Source: a virus. From it: DNA of 64,000 nucleotides. The translations under genes and the position numbers were made by a program. Under the pieces are notes generated by a model. The model made no database searches. It saw only the letters and a program-made list of their open reading frames with translations, and had not been told where the DNA came from. Shown here in pieces: positions 1-10,763 of this stretch (its first letter is position 1; every line of letters begins with the position of its first letter). The DNA lies in the IMG/VR virus record IMGVR_UViG_3300033153_008203, positions 1 through 64,000 of that record, one strand, 5' to 3'.

Positions 1-102
1 GAGAAGACTTTGTCAACTCCTGCTCGAAAATACATAAGAAAAACCAAGTAAACCAAGAATCTGGGGGTCAGTTAAGTCTGGCCCCTAGACGCTATTAATA
101 CA

Positions 103-300
103 ATGAAAAAGAATAAGAAGAGTAAGAAAAGAAATAGAAAGAAGAAGAAAAAGATTACTGCACGTAATCCTTGTGTAGCAGATGGCTCTTTGTTTAACAA
201 AAAGGGAGGCCTCCTAAACCAGGATAAAAAAGAATTTAAAACCAAAAAAAGAAGACAAGAAGATAAAAGTGTAATAGAAGATGGGCGAAATAACTTATAG
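103..300 (+). CDS. Lys/Arg-rich hypothetical protein
   Basis: Short basic ORF on the coding strand. Confidence 0.35.
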   Translation: MKKNKKSKKRNRKKKKKITARNPCVADGSLFNKKGGLLNQDKKEFKTKKRRQEDKSVIEDGRNNL

Positions 301-325
301 ATTTTAAAATTAAAGGAAAGAACGA

Positions 326-589
326 ATGACTGAAGAAAAGAAAGAAGGAATATTAGCAAAGATTAACACAGCATTTAAAAAGATATCAAATGAGCTTTTT
401 GATGGCTTAGATGCAAAAATGGCATTTGATATAGGAGCTATTATAGGAACTATAATAGGTGCTATATCACTTGGTATTGGTCTTCAGTTTGTAAATAAGA
501 TATTTATTGTCCCAGGTTTTGTGTTGCTAATAATGGGAATATTCCGTTTCATATTCAGAATAGGCGGCTTTACTCCAAGCAGATATTAA
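326..589 (+). CDS. small membrane protein
   Basis: RBS (aagga) upstream; two hydrophobic segments. Confidence 0.6.
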   Translation: MTEEKKEGILAKINTAFKKISNELFDGLDAKMAFDIGAIIGTIIGAISLGIGLQFVNKIFIVPGFVLLIMGIFRFIFRIGGFTPSRY

Positions 590-990
590 TGAAGAAAGAG
601 CTAGAAGATAAATTATTTTCAATACACTCCTCGTTGTTCGCCCAGAGAAACCTCTCTGGTAGCGTGACGAGGATGTGTGATGGAATTATGGTTAGCGATT
701 CTTGGTACGATGTTGTTGATCGTATGTGTGAAGAACTTCAAACATTATCTGATGAAACTGGAATTCAAATAGAATTCTTACAAGTTAAAGAAAAACTAGC
801 CGGATTAAGAGTCTACATCAATAAGTATAGTGACAAAGCCCGAGCAATCATAAATAAGTACGAAATAGAAGCATCACAAACATGTGAACAATGCAAAAGC
901 ACAGATGAAACTGTTGATATACGTGAAGTTGAAGGTTTTTAGTTAGAAACATTATGTAGCAAATGCCATGCAGATAAACAAAATAAATAA
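589..990 (+). pseudogene. conserved phage protein (QVKEKxxGLR type) with in-frame TAG at 940-942
   Basis: Reading through the TAG gives CEQC...GF*LETLCSKCH, which completes a CxxC/CxxC zinc ribbon; next stop at 988-990. Confidence 0.55.
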
Positions 991-1297
991 CTTCAATTTA
1001 ATAGAGGTCAACTTAAGAAAACTCTATCCATCCTTGTTTTATACTCTGCCAAATAATAAAGAAGCGATAGCTCCTATAGAAAGAAAAGCATTAGCTTATG
1101 CACTTGGCAACTGTGAAATACGTAACCCATATATTAATAATTGTATGGATGTAATCAAAGATCAATATAATATTTCTCTTATGCCAGATAAAAATTACGA
1201 ACAGTATGAAATATTTTTAGGCAAAAATATTTGGGTCTTATGTTATAGACTTTATAATAACGATGTAAGTATTATATCAGTGCTGGAGGCACCATGA
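968..1297 (+). CDS. hypothetical protein
   Basis: ORF in tightly packed operon. Confidence 0.55.
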   Translation: MQINKINNFNLIEVNLRKLYPSLFYTLPNNKEAIAPIERKALAYALGNCEIRNPYINNCMDVIKDQYNISLMPDKNYEQYEIFLGKNIWVLCYRLYNNDVSIISVLEAP

Positions 1298-1575
1298 ATA
1301 AGCATTTTGTAAATGGAAAGTTCAATTTTAATTCAGATGTAGAAGTATTAATAAAAAGAAAAAAAGCACATACATACCTTGCTGATGCTAGATTTCGTTT
1401 TCTTGATTCTTTAGTAGGACGAACAACAAATGCGGTTGATATACTGCAGGACATAAAACCATCTAACAATAATAGTATACATATGCTAAGGTATCTTAAA
1501 AGATTCGATCTTATGAGAAGGACAATCGTATATAATGACGCTATAATCGGGAGACTAGTAAACAATGGAAAATAA
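1294..1575 (+). CDS. hypothetical protein
   Basis: ggagg RBS, ATGA overlap with previous gene. Confidence 0.6.
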   Translation: MNKHFVNGKFNFNSDVEVLIKRKKAHTYLADARFRFLDSLVGRTTNAVDILQDIKPSNNNSIHMLRYLKRFDLMRRTIVYNDAIIGRLVNNGK

Positions 1576-1825
1576 AGAAGAAATGAAACAAACTTTAATT
1601 GCTTCTGCAGGTGTAGCGTTGCAAGCATCAGCGTTATCTGTTTCATACAGTGTTGGGTATGGATTTGGAGCATCAGTCAAGCAGTTTAAAAGACTTGTGG
1701 GCGACAGTGATGATTTAGGCTTTACTAAAGAACTATATAAAGAGATGGGCAATGGCTATAATGATGCAATCAATCGAGAAGAAATAGAAAAGAATTTGAT
1801 AGGAGTTACAGAGCAGCCAGCATAA
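1565..1825 (+). CDS. hypothetical protein
   Basis: ggag RBS, operon packing. Confidence 0.6.
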   Translation: MENKEEMKQTLIASAGVALQASALSVSYSVGYGFGASVKQFKRLVGDSDDLGFTKELYKEMGNGYNDAINREEIEKNLIGVTEQPA

Positions 1826-1895
1826 CAATAAAACATATATTTTTTTCCTTGAGTATTAAGAATGTTAAAGCTTAAATTAAATCAAAGGAGAAGTT

Positions 1896-3410
1896 ATGAA
1901 CAACGGTTATTCTGCAGAAGATATATTTAATGGAACTAATCCTAATGAAAACATTTTCATAGTAAAGGGAGAGAAGGGATCAGATGGTTTGCTTGAAAAT
2001 GATAACAGGCACTCTATGATAGGCGACGCTGTTAAAAAACATGAATCCAGCCTTAGTGCAATAGATAGAGTATTGTTTCATGAAGCAATACACTTCGCAG
2101 ATGGCAATATCGTTATGAAAGAACCAAACATGTATCAGATCGTTCATGATCATAGAGACATGGACAAAGGTGCAGCGGCTGAATATCTGGCAGCCAAAGG
2201 CGTATTTATGGATATAGATCCCAATGATATGCTTGAAGCAGGAATTATGACTGGAATATCCATAGAGGATTACGAGAAAAATATAGAGCCTCGTGAAGTT
2301 CCATCAACCCCGAAGGATAAGTTCAGATACTGTGGAAATTCCAGACAATCATTCTATGATAGTTTTCCAGAGGACCATCCAGAGGCAGACAAAATCAACA
2401 TGCTTCTTATGATGTTTAAGAATAATATAGATAAATTCTTTGGCCCTTATAAACATGTGTCTGCATCAGGTAAAAAAACTGAGTATTCTGACTGGCATGA
2501 ATATTATAGTAAGCTAATAGAAAACTGGCATGAAAATGGCACATTAAGTACTGCTGTAGCCTGTACATTTCTTGATATCACAAGATTTATAGCTCATGAG
2601 GATACAAATGAGAATGAAATCAAAGAAGTTATAGCACAGCATCTTACAGAACTAGACGCTGTACATGGTGCAACAGTTCGTTTTGAAGCAGACTGTAGAA
2701 CTCTTATGGGATACGAAGAGGGAAACAATAGGCATGCTCCAAATGAGGCATACCAAATACTTGCTAAAAAGGAAGTAGAGTGGGAAGAACAGTATTCTAA
2801 GAATGCCAGCAGCACTAGTCTTAGAACTATTTACTCTGATATATGTAAGACCGGCTTTGATATGTACAGTACAGAGTATAACGAAGCAGACAGTGAGATC
2901 ACTCAAAGAAAGAAAATGGGTCTTGCTTGGTTTAAATATCGTGCACTTAAAAGAAGATTTGCACCAAGAATTGTTTTAAAAGGTGTCAATATTAATAGAT
3001 GCTTCAATACAGATACTCTTTGTAATTTCGTAGGCTTTACAAAGAATCAGGCAAGTGTTATAATAAGCAGACTGATTGAAAAGGAATTCAAAAGCCTTAA
3101 TGAGGTGTTTACTGTAGCAAAAACAGAGGCTAACAAGCTTATGACTCCAGTAGACAATGATAAAACAAAGATCATTACTGATATAATTGATACTGAATTC
3201 GATAAGGCTGTTAAATATAAAAATATTGACAGATTCTTAAAAATAGCGCCAGATCTTATAAGAAAACAAAAAGCAGGAGAAATTACCAAAGAATTTAAAA
3301 TATGGAAAGAGGTATGGGCTCACTACAGCGAGAAAAAAGAAGAAGCTATGGTAGCTAAGGCTAAATTTGCTAAGAAAGCACAAGCACAAAAAGGAGGCGT
3401 TAATGTCTGA
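1896..3410 (+). CDS. 504-aa protein with ComEA-like helix-hairpin-helix segment
   Basis: aaggag RBS; VNINRCFNTDTLCNFVGFTKNQASVIISRLIEKEFKSLNEV resembles the ComEA HhH pattern. Confidence 0.6.
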   Translation: MNNGYSAEDIFNGTNPNENIFIVKGEKGSDGLLENDNRHSMIGDAVKKHESSLSAIDRVLFHEAIHFADGNIVMKEPNMYQIVHDHRDMDKGAAAEYLAAKGVFMDIDPNDMLEAGIMTGISIEDYEKNIEPREVPSTPKDKFRYCGNSRQSFYDSFPEDHPEADKINMLLMMFKNNIDKFFGPYKHVSASGKKTEYSDWHEYYSKLIENWHENGTLSTAVACTFLDITRFIAHEDTNENEIKEVIAQHLTELDAVHGATVRFEADCRTLMGYEEGNNRHAPNEAYQILAKKEVEWEEQYSKNASSTSLRTIYSDICKTGFDMYSTEYNEADSEITQRKKMGLAWFKYRALKRRFAPRIVLKGVNINRCFNTDTLCNFVGFTKNQASVIISRLIEKEFKSLNEVFTVAKTEANKLMTPVDNDKTKIITDIIDTEFDKAVKYKNIDRFLKIAPDLIRKQKAGEITKEFKIWKEVWAHYSEKKEEAMVAKAKFAKKAQAQKGGVNV

Positions 3411-3876
3411 CAAGGATGAGAAAAGCAGAAAAAAGAGCCTGGATATTTCCATAGGAGATGTATCAGGTAAGATTGTCAAGAAAACACAGGCAGCTAACAA
3501 TGAAGGTAATGATACTCCTTCTAAGAAAGATGACGAGCACGAGTGCTGTGGATCATGTAGTCCTAAAAAAACTGATCCTAAAAGGACAAAGGTAGTCGAC
3601 TTTCCTAAAGAAGTAGGAGAAGAGACAGAGATACGTATCCAAATTGGAAACAAAAAGATCTCGCTTGAAGACATAAAAAAAGAAGACCTTATAAATTGGG
3701 TAACAAATGCTCTTCATTTACCTGACGAAGCATATAGCGATCTATCAGAAATAAAGTTAGATACGTATAAGGAAAAAAGATCTTTATTTAATAAGACCAT
3801 TAGAAAGTGTGAACAGCAACATAAAGTTCAGCTCAAAATGGTAAACAAAAATAGGACAGGGTTCCCTATTGTTTAG
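3403..3876 (+). CDS. hypothetical protein
   Basis: aggagg RBS before ATG 3403 (MSDKDE). Confidence 0.65.
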   Translation: MSDKDEKSRKKSLDISIGDVSGKIVKKTQAANNEGNDTPSKKDDEHECCGSCSPKKTDPKRTKVVDFPKEVGEETEIRIQIGNKKISLEDIKKEDLINWVTNALHLPDEAYSDLSEIKLDTYKEKRSLFNKTIRKCEQQHKVQLKMVNKNRTGFPIV

Positions 3877-4540
3877 GAGGCAAAAATTGAAAACTAAAAT
3901 CATTGGAACTATAATAGCTATTACAATAATTATAGCTTCAGCTACATATGTTAGTGGAGATATAAGCAGAGGAGGCTATGCATCTCCTATAAGTTGCGCT
4001 CAAGTGGATTGTGAAGCAGCCTATAAGCTATTTATGAAAACAAATAATCCATATTTAACTGATGCAGAGATAAGAGAAATATTAACTGCTATCAATAAAA
4101 ATGCTCCTAAGTACTTTGGAACAGGTACTACTCTTGAAATTGGAAAAGAGATGACTCTTGCAATTATAGCAGTTGAAAGTAGCTTCAAGACAGATCCAGG
4201 TGATGCTGGACTAGCTCATAAGTATATGCAAATACACAACTCAGCTGCTACAGAAACAATAGAGTACCATAAGTTCATAAGAAAGTATGATCTGAATAAC
4301 ACAGATCACAATATAGATCTTGGAATGGCGTATATAAGACTTCTACTTGATACATACAATGACAGGTGGAAGCCGGCTATACTAGCATATAATAAAGGAC
4401 CAAGAAGCGTTAATAAATTAATAGCTAGCAAAAGAATTAATAGTTATGGCGGCTATTGGCATAAAGTCTGGACCAAGAAATACGATATCCATTGGGATAA
4501 AGGAACAATTTTTAGAAAGGGAGAAAAAAACAATTCTTAA
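3869..4540 (+). CDS. lytic transglycosylase (SLT domain) with N-terminal signal/TM segment
   Basis: IIAVESSF catalytic Glu motif, MQI, NIDLGxxY, AYNKGP. Confidence 0.85.
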   Translation: MFRRQKLKTKIIGTIIAITIIIASATYVSGDISRGGYASPISCAQVDCEAAYKLFMKTNNPYLTDAEIREILTAINKNAPKYFGTGTTLEIGKEMTLAIIAVESSFKTDPGDAGLAHKYMQIHNSAATETIEYHKFIRKYDLNNTDHNIDLGMAYIRLLLDTYNDRWKPAILAYNKGPRSVNKLIASKRINSYGGYWHKVWTKKYDIHWDKGTIFRKGEKNNS

Positions 4541-4567
4541 ACAAAAAAAAGAAAGGAGAGAGAAGAT

Positions 4568-4885
4568 ATGCCGAAGACAAGTATGAGTGAGTTAGTAACA
4601 GATGTCAAACTTTGGAAAAAGGACTGGGATTCTACAGTCGCTACAGGCCACATAGTACTAGGTGGATGTATCCAGGTTGATGTCAGGCTGATCAAGTACG
4701 GTGATGGCTACTTTGTATCTTGGCCACGTAGGAAAAGCGTGGATCCAGAGACCAAAGAAGACGTGTACTACGATCAAGTGAAACCTATTGGTGATGATGG
4801 TAAGATCAGCAAAGAACTCGGTAACGAGATCAGCAAGATCGTCACTAAAGCTTACACAGATATGGATGATGATATTCCATTTTAA
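4568..4885 (+). CDS. SpoVG-like nucleic-acid-binding protein
   Basis: GYFVSWPRRK...YYD pattern; acidic DDDIPF tail as in SSB. Confidence 0.7.
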   Translation: MPKTSMSELVTDVKLWKKDWDSTVATGHIVLGGCIQVDVRLIKYGDGYFVSWPRRKSVDPETKEDVYYDQVKPIGDDGKISKELGNEISKIVTKAYTDMDDDIPF

Positions 4886-4909
4886 TTAACAAGCCATGTT
4901 GATTACCTT

Positions 4910-4939
4910 AGCCAGATACGAAAGTGTCTGGCTTTTTTT
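4910..4939 (+). terminator. Rho-independent terminator
   Basis: agccagatac-gaaa-gtgtctggct hairpin followed by T run. Confidence 0.85.
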
Positions 4940-4957
4940 GTCACTAAGTGTAAACAT

Positions 4958-5188
4958 ATGAAAAATAAAAATATAAAATATATAAAAATAGAACTTGATA
5001 ACGGAAGAATACTTGACATTGTTGAAAAAGTATCGTATGCTGAATCTGAGTTCTACGTAACATTTAAAAACTTCGAAAAAATAAAGAAGTATATAAAAGC
5101 GAACAATACAATTACTCCGATCAATGATTCTACTTTTAATAGCCTTATGCAAGCAGGCTTAATACAAAAGAAGGTTAAAAAGAAATGA
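4958..5188 (+). CDS. hypothetical protein
   Basis: ORF in operon. Confidence 0.55.
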   Translation: MKNKNIKYIKIELDNGRILDIVEKVSYAESEFYVTFKNFEKIKKYIKANNTITPINDSTFNSLMQAGLIQKKVKKK

Positions 5189-5448
5189 ATAAGACTGCAA
5201 GAACTAAGCTAATAGCAGATATAGTTGATAAGCTAAACGAACAGAAATTGAGCAGTGAGGAACTTATAGATGTGTATTCCCATCTTGGAATAAATATAGG
5301 ATGCTCTATAGCAGAGATAAAAGAAGTCCCGGATATGAAAGTCCTTGAAGAGCACTACTATACTAATCCAAATGCCGGGGAAGCTCTTATACTACAATCT
5401 ATGACTTTAATGGTATGGGCAGGTCCACAAGGAAAAGACAATGCTTAA
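5185..5448 (+). CDS. hypothetical protein
   Basis: ATGA overlap. Confidence 0.6.
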   Translation: MNKTARTKLIADIVDKLNEQKLSSEELIDVYSHLGINIGCSIAEIKEVPDMKVLEEHYYTNPNAGEALILQSMTLMVWAGPQGKDNA

Positions 5449-6052
5449 AGCAGGGGATATAGTACTTTTAAAAGAGGAATGTAATAGATTTGGGATAGTT
5501 ACTATTGGAAATGAAGATAATTTAGTTATATATCCAATATGTCCGACACAGTTTACATTGATACTTAGAAGAGCTGCAAGAGTAAAGGGATACAATATAA
5601 AGGATACTGTAGAGAACTTATTGTTTATGGATCCTATTGAACTAGCTGTTGAGTCATCGATATACGAGCCAGATTACGACAACATAATAAGACTTGACAA
5701 TATAATCCTTAAGGATATAAGATTTCCAATCAGCGCAACACTATATAAAGGTGATACAGTATTTGAAGTAGAAGGATACAATAATGGTTTAACATTAATA
5801 AAGGCTCCTTGGACTGATCAAAAAGTTGAAATGTCAATAGAAAAGATATTGAAATACTTTCCTGACGATTTTACAGTAATGGCAATCAAGGAGATCATAG
5901 AGGAAGTACTTGGACATAATGATGGAATCAAACATAATAAGATGATTAAAACTGCAGCTATTTTTAATGGAGAGAAAAAAGTTGTGGCCAAAAAGAAAAC
6001 GAGCAGAGTGTTACGAGGAGCAGCACTAAGAGCTGTAATTAAAAACACATAG
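5441..6052 (+). CDS. hypothetical protein
   Basis: 203-aa ORF, operon packing. Confidence 0.65.
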   Translation: MLKAGDIVLLKEECNRFGIVTIGNEDNLVIYPICPTQFTLILRRAARVKGYNIKDTVENLLFMDPIELAVESSIYEPDYDNIIRLDNIILKDIRFPISATLYKGDTVFEVEGYNNGLTLIKAPWTDQKVEMSIEKILKYFPDDFTVMAIKEIIEEVLGHNDGIKHNKMIKTAAIFNGEKKVVAKKKTSRVLRGAALRAVIKNT

Positions 6053-6061
6053 GAGAGAGAA

Positions 6062-6499
6062 ATGGCAGGATTTATAAAGAGTTTTGATATATATAGAAGA
6101 GGGAAAGTAGCAGCACAATTTAAGTTGGCAGCTGATATAGATAGACCAGGAATATTCGTTGAAATGTCTGATAAAGCAAAAGGCGATGGCTTTGATTGGA
6201 AAGATGCTACAAGATTTAAGCTTGGTTTCAATGATATAGCTAAGGTTGCTAATGGTTTAGCTAACTCAGATGAAGAAATTAAACTGTTTCATGATCCAAA
6301 AGCAGGAACCACTGAAAAAGGACATATAAATAAGAACATTAGCTTTAAAAAGTCTGACAATGGATATTACATGAACGTAAGTGTCATGGAAGATAGAAAG
6401 CTTGTAAAAAGAATTAGTATAGCAATGAGTAAAGACGAAATATATATTCTTAAAGTACTACTTGACATATCAATACCAAAAATACTGAGGTGGACATAA
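6062..6499 (+). CDS. hypothetical protein, possibly PC4/Whirly-like ssDNA-binding
   Basis: ggag RBS; beta-rich with FDWK..FKLG and LFHD; fold call is weak. Confidence 0.5.
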   Translation: MAGFIKSFDIYRRGKVAAQFKLAADIDRPGIFVEMSDKAKGDGFDWKDATRFKLGFNDIAKVANGLANSDEEIKLFHDPKAGTTEKGHINKNISFKKSDNGYYMNVSVMEDRKLVKRISIAMSKDEIYILKVLLDISIPKILRWT

Positions 6500-7116
6500 T
6501 GGCAAATTTGTTAAAGCTTGAAATGGAATCAATTAGAAATAGTATAAAAACATTAATGACAAATGAGACCATTACACATAAGGTTCATACAGATCTTGAA
6601 TGTATTGCTGATAACATAGAAGCTGCAATAAGAATGATGGATGTTCTTTACTCAACAGATTCTCCAATGGCTGCTGCAACATCAAAGAATACTGCAATAG
6701 TAGCAGTTGCACTTGACGGTAGTCTTGAGCTTCAATTTCAAGATAGAATAATACAAAAAGGAATTATAGATATAAGTAAAAAGTCAAGCTTGTTAAGTAG
6801 ACTATTAGATGCTGTTGCACTAAGCTGTAATACAGGAAATATAGAATATTTGAAAATCAGCTTACATAAAGAAGTCTTAGATTATAGTAAGACTCAACTG
6901 ACTGCATTCTTAGAAAGACTCGCAGCATTCTCATCAACATCAGGAACTATTGTAATTATTCCTCCTGATGTAATTGTTTCTATAAAATTAAAAGATGAAA
7001 AAGCTAAGAAGAAAATAGAGAAGGAAGAGAAAAATTCCTCGACTGTGCCTTTGGTGAGGATGAAGTTGCAATACAACAAGCAGAAGAAAGATTTAAGAGT
7101 AGTAAAAGTAAAATAG
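6499..7116 (+). CDS. hypothetical protein
   Basis: TAATG overlap. Confidence 0.65.
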   Translation: MANLLKLEMESIRNSIKTLMTNETITHKVHTDLECIADNIEAAIRMMDVLYSTDSPMAAATSKNTAIVAVALDGSLELQFQDRIIQKGIIDISKKSSLLSRLLDAVALSCNTGNIEYLKISLHKEVLDYSKTQLTAFLERLAAFSSTSGTIVIIPPDVIVSIKLKDEKAKKKIEKEEKNSSTVPLVRMKLQYNKQKKDLRVVKVK

Positions 7117-7132
7117 AGACTAAGGATTAAGA

Positions 7133-7459
7133 ATGAGCTTTAAAACACATGGAATACTAGAGGTAACGACTCCAGCCAGATTAACATATGAAGGACCAAA
7201 ATGGTCAAGAATTTCATTTGATGGAGTATCTATTGATCCTCATAATAAGCTATGCCAAAAGCACTCTTACTTCTTTGAGATGTTAGTTCCTACTGAGTAT
7301 AAGAATTTTGTAGATCAGCTTATTCCAGGAACATGGTGCGCTGTACATGTCGCCAAATTAGAAAGCCCATATAATAAAAGCTTTACAAAAATACAAATCA
7401 ACTATAAAGATTTTGAAATATTAAATATAACTAATACTAAGGAGCAAAAAGATGGCTGA
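7133..7459 (+). CDS. hypothetical protein
   Basis: aagga RBS. Confidence 0.6.
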   Translation: MSFKTHGILEVTTPARLTYEGPKWSRISFDGVSIDPHNKLCQKHSYFFEMLVPTEYKNFVDQLIPGTWCAVHVAKLESPYNKSFTKIQINYKDFEILNITNTKEQKDG

Positions 7460-8066
7460 ACATAAGTTTGACGATGAAGGAGGCGCTAAATCTGCACCTA
7501 AATTAGACGCAAGAATGATAGATAGACTGTGTCAATTATACGCTACTGCTCAACCGATAGTAATAAATACAGAGGCCATGACAAAAGTTACTGCTTCATT
7601 GGAAGATGAAGATGGTGACGAGGCTTGTATGCAGGAGATCGTCAGAAATGTCCAGGAATATATAGAGGAAAGCCTCAAAGATCATGATAGTACTTTGGCT
7701 ACACAAATACAGCCGTTCCTATTTAACTCGATAACGACCTTTATACTTGAATCTTTCCCAAAGGAAACTGCGTTGTTCTTGCTTACAAATGATCTTGCTA
7801 AGCATGTATGTGCATCAGCGGTATTACATGGCTTTCTTATGGGAAAAGTTCTTACAAACAACAACTTACAAATTGTATCTACAGTTGAAGAGATTAGCGA
7901 AAATGAACTTGAGTTAATGAGAAAGAACGGAGAAGTTCAAGATCTTGCTACTAAGGCTGTTTTATCCGGTGACATGGAAGAATCTCTTAATGAAATATTA
8001 AGACAAAAAGCAGAAGAATTTAAAGAAGAATCTGAAGATGAAGGTGACAATGAAGACGAACAGTAA
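7452..8066 (+). CDS. hypothetical acidic protein
   Basis: ggag RBS. Confidence 0.65.
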   Translation: MAEHKFDDEGGAKSAPKLDARMIDRLCQLYATAQPIVINTEAMTKVTASLEDEDGDEACMQEIVRNVQEYIEESLKDHDSTLATQIQPFLFNSITTFILESFPKETALFLLTNDLAKHVCASAVLHGFLMGKVLTNNNLQIVSTVEEISENELELMRKNGEVQDLATKAVLSGDMEESLNEILRQKAEEFKEESEDEGDNEDEQ

Positions 8067-8646
8067 ATTTTTTGTATATACAAGTGAGATAGCGCTTGCA
8101 AGGAAAGCATTTCATGTTGCTTTTAATGAAGTTGTTCCAGACAGCGATCCCAATGACTTCATAGTAGTAAGAGATATAAAGAGTCATGCTGGTAAGATAC
8201 ATGCTGATACAGATCAGGTGTACGTTACTAGCGAAGCTATTCATAAGAAGATGCCAAAAGCTACTTATATATATATCTCTGAGGATATGACTACAGATGC
8301 TAAGAAGACTGTTATAGGTGTCCTTAAGGAAAAAATTAAAGAATTTAAAAAAACAAACAGTAAAAATATTAGCATAATAGACATTAATATAGGATCTCTT
8401 CCTGAGATTCTTGACAAAGATAAGATAGTTGGTTTTATAGAGCAATACAAGAGAGCATATAAGAAGCCAATAGTTATTGTCGATAATGATGGAAAGAATA
8501 TAGGAATCTTTGATTCTAAAGAAGATTTCGCCGGTAAAGAAGACAAGTACGATATATTATTAACTGTAGATGAATACGTATCAGTAATGTTATCAGTACT
8601 AGGGTTCAATGCAAAATTAATAAAAATTGAGAGAAAAGAAGAATAA
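8038..8646 (+). CDS. hypothetical protein
   Basis: 202-aa ORF. Confidence 0.6.
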   Translation: MKVTMKTNSKFFVYTSEIALARKAFHVAFNEVVPDSDPNDFIVVRDIKSHAGKIHADTDQVYVTSEAIHKKMPKATYIYISEDMTTDAKKTVIGVLKEKIKEFKKTNSKNISIIDINIGSLPEILDKDKIVGFIEQYKRAYKKPIVIVDNDGKNIGIFDSKEDFAGKEDKYDILLTVDEYVSVMLSVLGFNAKLIKIERKEE

Positions 8647-8653
8647 AATAAAT

Positions 8654-8944
8654 ATGATTATAGAACAGCTAGTTAAAAATCTTATAATACAATATGGAAC
8701 AGCATTTTGTTGGTACCATATAAAGAAGCAAGGGAAGCTTCTCATAAATAGTATAGATGAAACACTAGTTAATACTCTCAAAGAAATAGCAGAAAATGGT
8801 AAAGAATTTCAGTATTATTGTCCATCATGTAAAAATACAATGGAATTATTCGGAGAAGAAGATGTAAAAAAACAATTTATGCAAATAAAAGAACAGTGTA
8901 TATATTGTGATTCAAATAAAATACATTTAAAAACAAAAAAATAG
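8654..8944 (+). CDS. zinc-ribbon protein
   Basis: YYCPSC...CIYC. Confidence 0.6.
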   Translation: MIIEQLVKNLIIQYGTAFCWYHIKKQGKLLINSIDETLVNTLKEIAENGKEFQYYCPSCKNTMELFGEEDVKKQFMQIKEQCIYCDSNKIHLKTKK

Positions 8945-8959
8945 AAAAAGGAGAAGTTT

Positions 8960-10738
8960 ATGAATAAAGCTGCAAAGAAGAACGAAGAAAAGGAACTGAC
9001 ACCACCTGCAATATCTAAAAAGACTGTAGAGGTGATGGAAGAACCAATGAGTAAAGGTCTGGCAGAGCTAAACACTCTGGTAATGGCTAATACACAGATT
9101 ATGTACTGTGTAACTTCTGAAGAAGATCGTCTTATTAAAGATTTCAGAGAGAAAGTTGCTTTTCCAAATGGAATTGAAGTTATTCATTGGTCATCATTCT
9201 CTGGTCTTATAAGAGACAGTGAAAGAGGCAAAAGGTTTCATTGCGACGATGTTGAGCCTACAAAGCCAGAGTTTCCAAAGTCATTTAATCCTGTAACTGC
9301 ACTTAAAGAGATTGCCAAGTATGAAGTGACAGAAAAAGCTACAGGCGCTGTCTTCTTTATGAAGGATATGCATACGGTTTTTAATGAGCCTATTCCAAGA
9401 CAGTTAAGAGATACTATCAATTGGCTTGGTAAGCGTGATGACAGTGATCCTATTTCAATTATCATCGTTGCTCCTGAACTTGGATTTAGCAAAGGCAACA
9501 ACGGTGGAGGACTTCCAATAACATTGGAAAAAGACCTGGTTGTTGTTGATTATGATTTCCTTACAAGGCTTGATCTTGAGGATATAGTAACTACTGCTAT
9601 TACTGAGATCAACAATGCCAAGAAAGACGAAGGCATGGAGAATCTGATTGAGCTTAATTCAGACCAGATACAGGAAATAGCAAGGGCCGGTCAGGGAATG
9701 ACATTTGATGAGTTTACAAGGGCAATGGCTACATCGCTCATAGATACTCAAACAATTGACGTCAAGGCCATCCTTGAGCACAAGAAACAGGCGATTAAAA
9801 AGTCTGAGATTCTTGAGGTAATCAACTTGGACACCTCAATGAATGATGTAGGTGGACTTGATGAACTCAAGGCATATTTCGAAAGGTATAGCACTTCATT
9901 TAGCGACGAAGCTAAAGCATTCGGTGTTGAGCCACTGAAAGGTGTGATTATGACCGGTGTAGCAGGAACAGGAAAGTCTCTTGCAGCAAAAGCGGTAGCA
10001 ACTCATTGGAAAATTCCTCTTCTCAGAATGGACGTAGGAAAGATCATGGGCTCACTCGTTGGTCAATCTGAGCAAAGGATGAGGGACGCTCTTAAGCATG
10101 CTGCATCATGCGCTCCATGCGTACTCTGGATAGACGAAATGGAAAAAGGTCTATCTGGTACTCAAAGCAGTGGAAGTACAGATGGAGGTACTACTGCAAG
10201 AGTATTTGGTACTCTGCTTACCTGGATGCAGGAATGTGACAAGGACGTTGTAGTTGTAGCAACTGCAAACGACGTTTCCCAACTTCCACCTGAGCTAATC
10301 AGAAGGTTCAATGAAACTTTCTTTGTTGATCTTCCATTAGAAGACGAAAGGGAAGAAATACTCAGGATTCATCTCAATAAGAGAAAAAGAGATCCTGAAA
10401 CATTCGATATCAAAGCAATAGTCGAAGCAACTGTTGATTATACCGGGGCTGAGATAGAGAAGATTGTTAAGGAGGCTATCGCAGCTGCATATACACAGGG
10501 CGATGCTATCGTCACAACAGATCACGTCCTTAAGGCAGCTGGTGAGCTTAAGCCAATTGCAAAGCAGATGGCAGACAGGATTAGCGAACTCAAAACCTGG
10601 GCAGATGGAAAGGCAAGATTCGCATCTTCAGGAGCTCTTGAAGCAAGAACTAGTAAGAAGAAGAAGCTGAAAAAAGATCTTGATGCAGACTTGAGAAAGT
10701 CTTCAACACTTGCTAAGGTTGCTACAAAGAAAAAGTAA
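8960..10738 (+). CDS. Ycf46-like AAA+ ATPase
   Basis: Walker A GVAGTGKS, Walker B LWIDEMEK, VATAND, LPPELIRR; N-terminal degenerate AAA domain. Confidence 0.9.
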   Translation: MNKAAKKNEEKELTPPAISKKTVEVMEEPMSKGLAELNTLVMANTQIMYCVTSEEDRLIKDFREKVAFPNGIEVIHWSSFSGLIRDSERGKRFHCDDVEPTKPEFPKSFNPVTALKEIAKYEVTEKATGAVFFMKDMHTVFNEPIPRQLRDTINWLGKRDDSDPISIIIVAPELGFSKGNNGGGLPITLEKDLVVVDYDFLTRLDLEDIVTTAITEINNAKKDEGMENLIELNSDQIQEIARAGQGMTFDEFTRAMATSLIDTQTIDVKAILEHKKQAIKKSEILEVINLDTSMNDVGGLDELKAYFERYSTSFSDEAKAFGVEPLKGVIMTGVAGTGKSLAAKAVATHWKIPLLRMDVGKIMGSLVGQSEQRMRDALKHAASCAPCVLWIDEMEKGLSGTQSSGSTDGGTTARVFGTLLTWMQECDKDVVVVATANDVSQLPPELIRRFNETFFVDLPLEDEREEILRIHLNKRKRDPETFDIKAIVEATVDYTGAEIEKIVKEAIAAAYTQGDAIVTTDHVLKAAGELKPIAKQMADRISELKTWADGKARFASSGALEARTSKKKKLKKDLDADLRKSSTLAKVATKKK

Positions 10739-10763
10739 ACAATATAATTGAAAGGAGAAAGAA

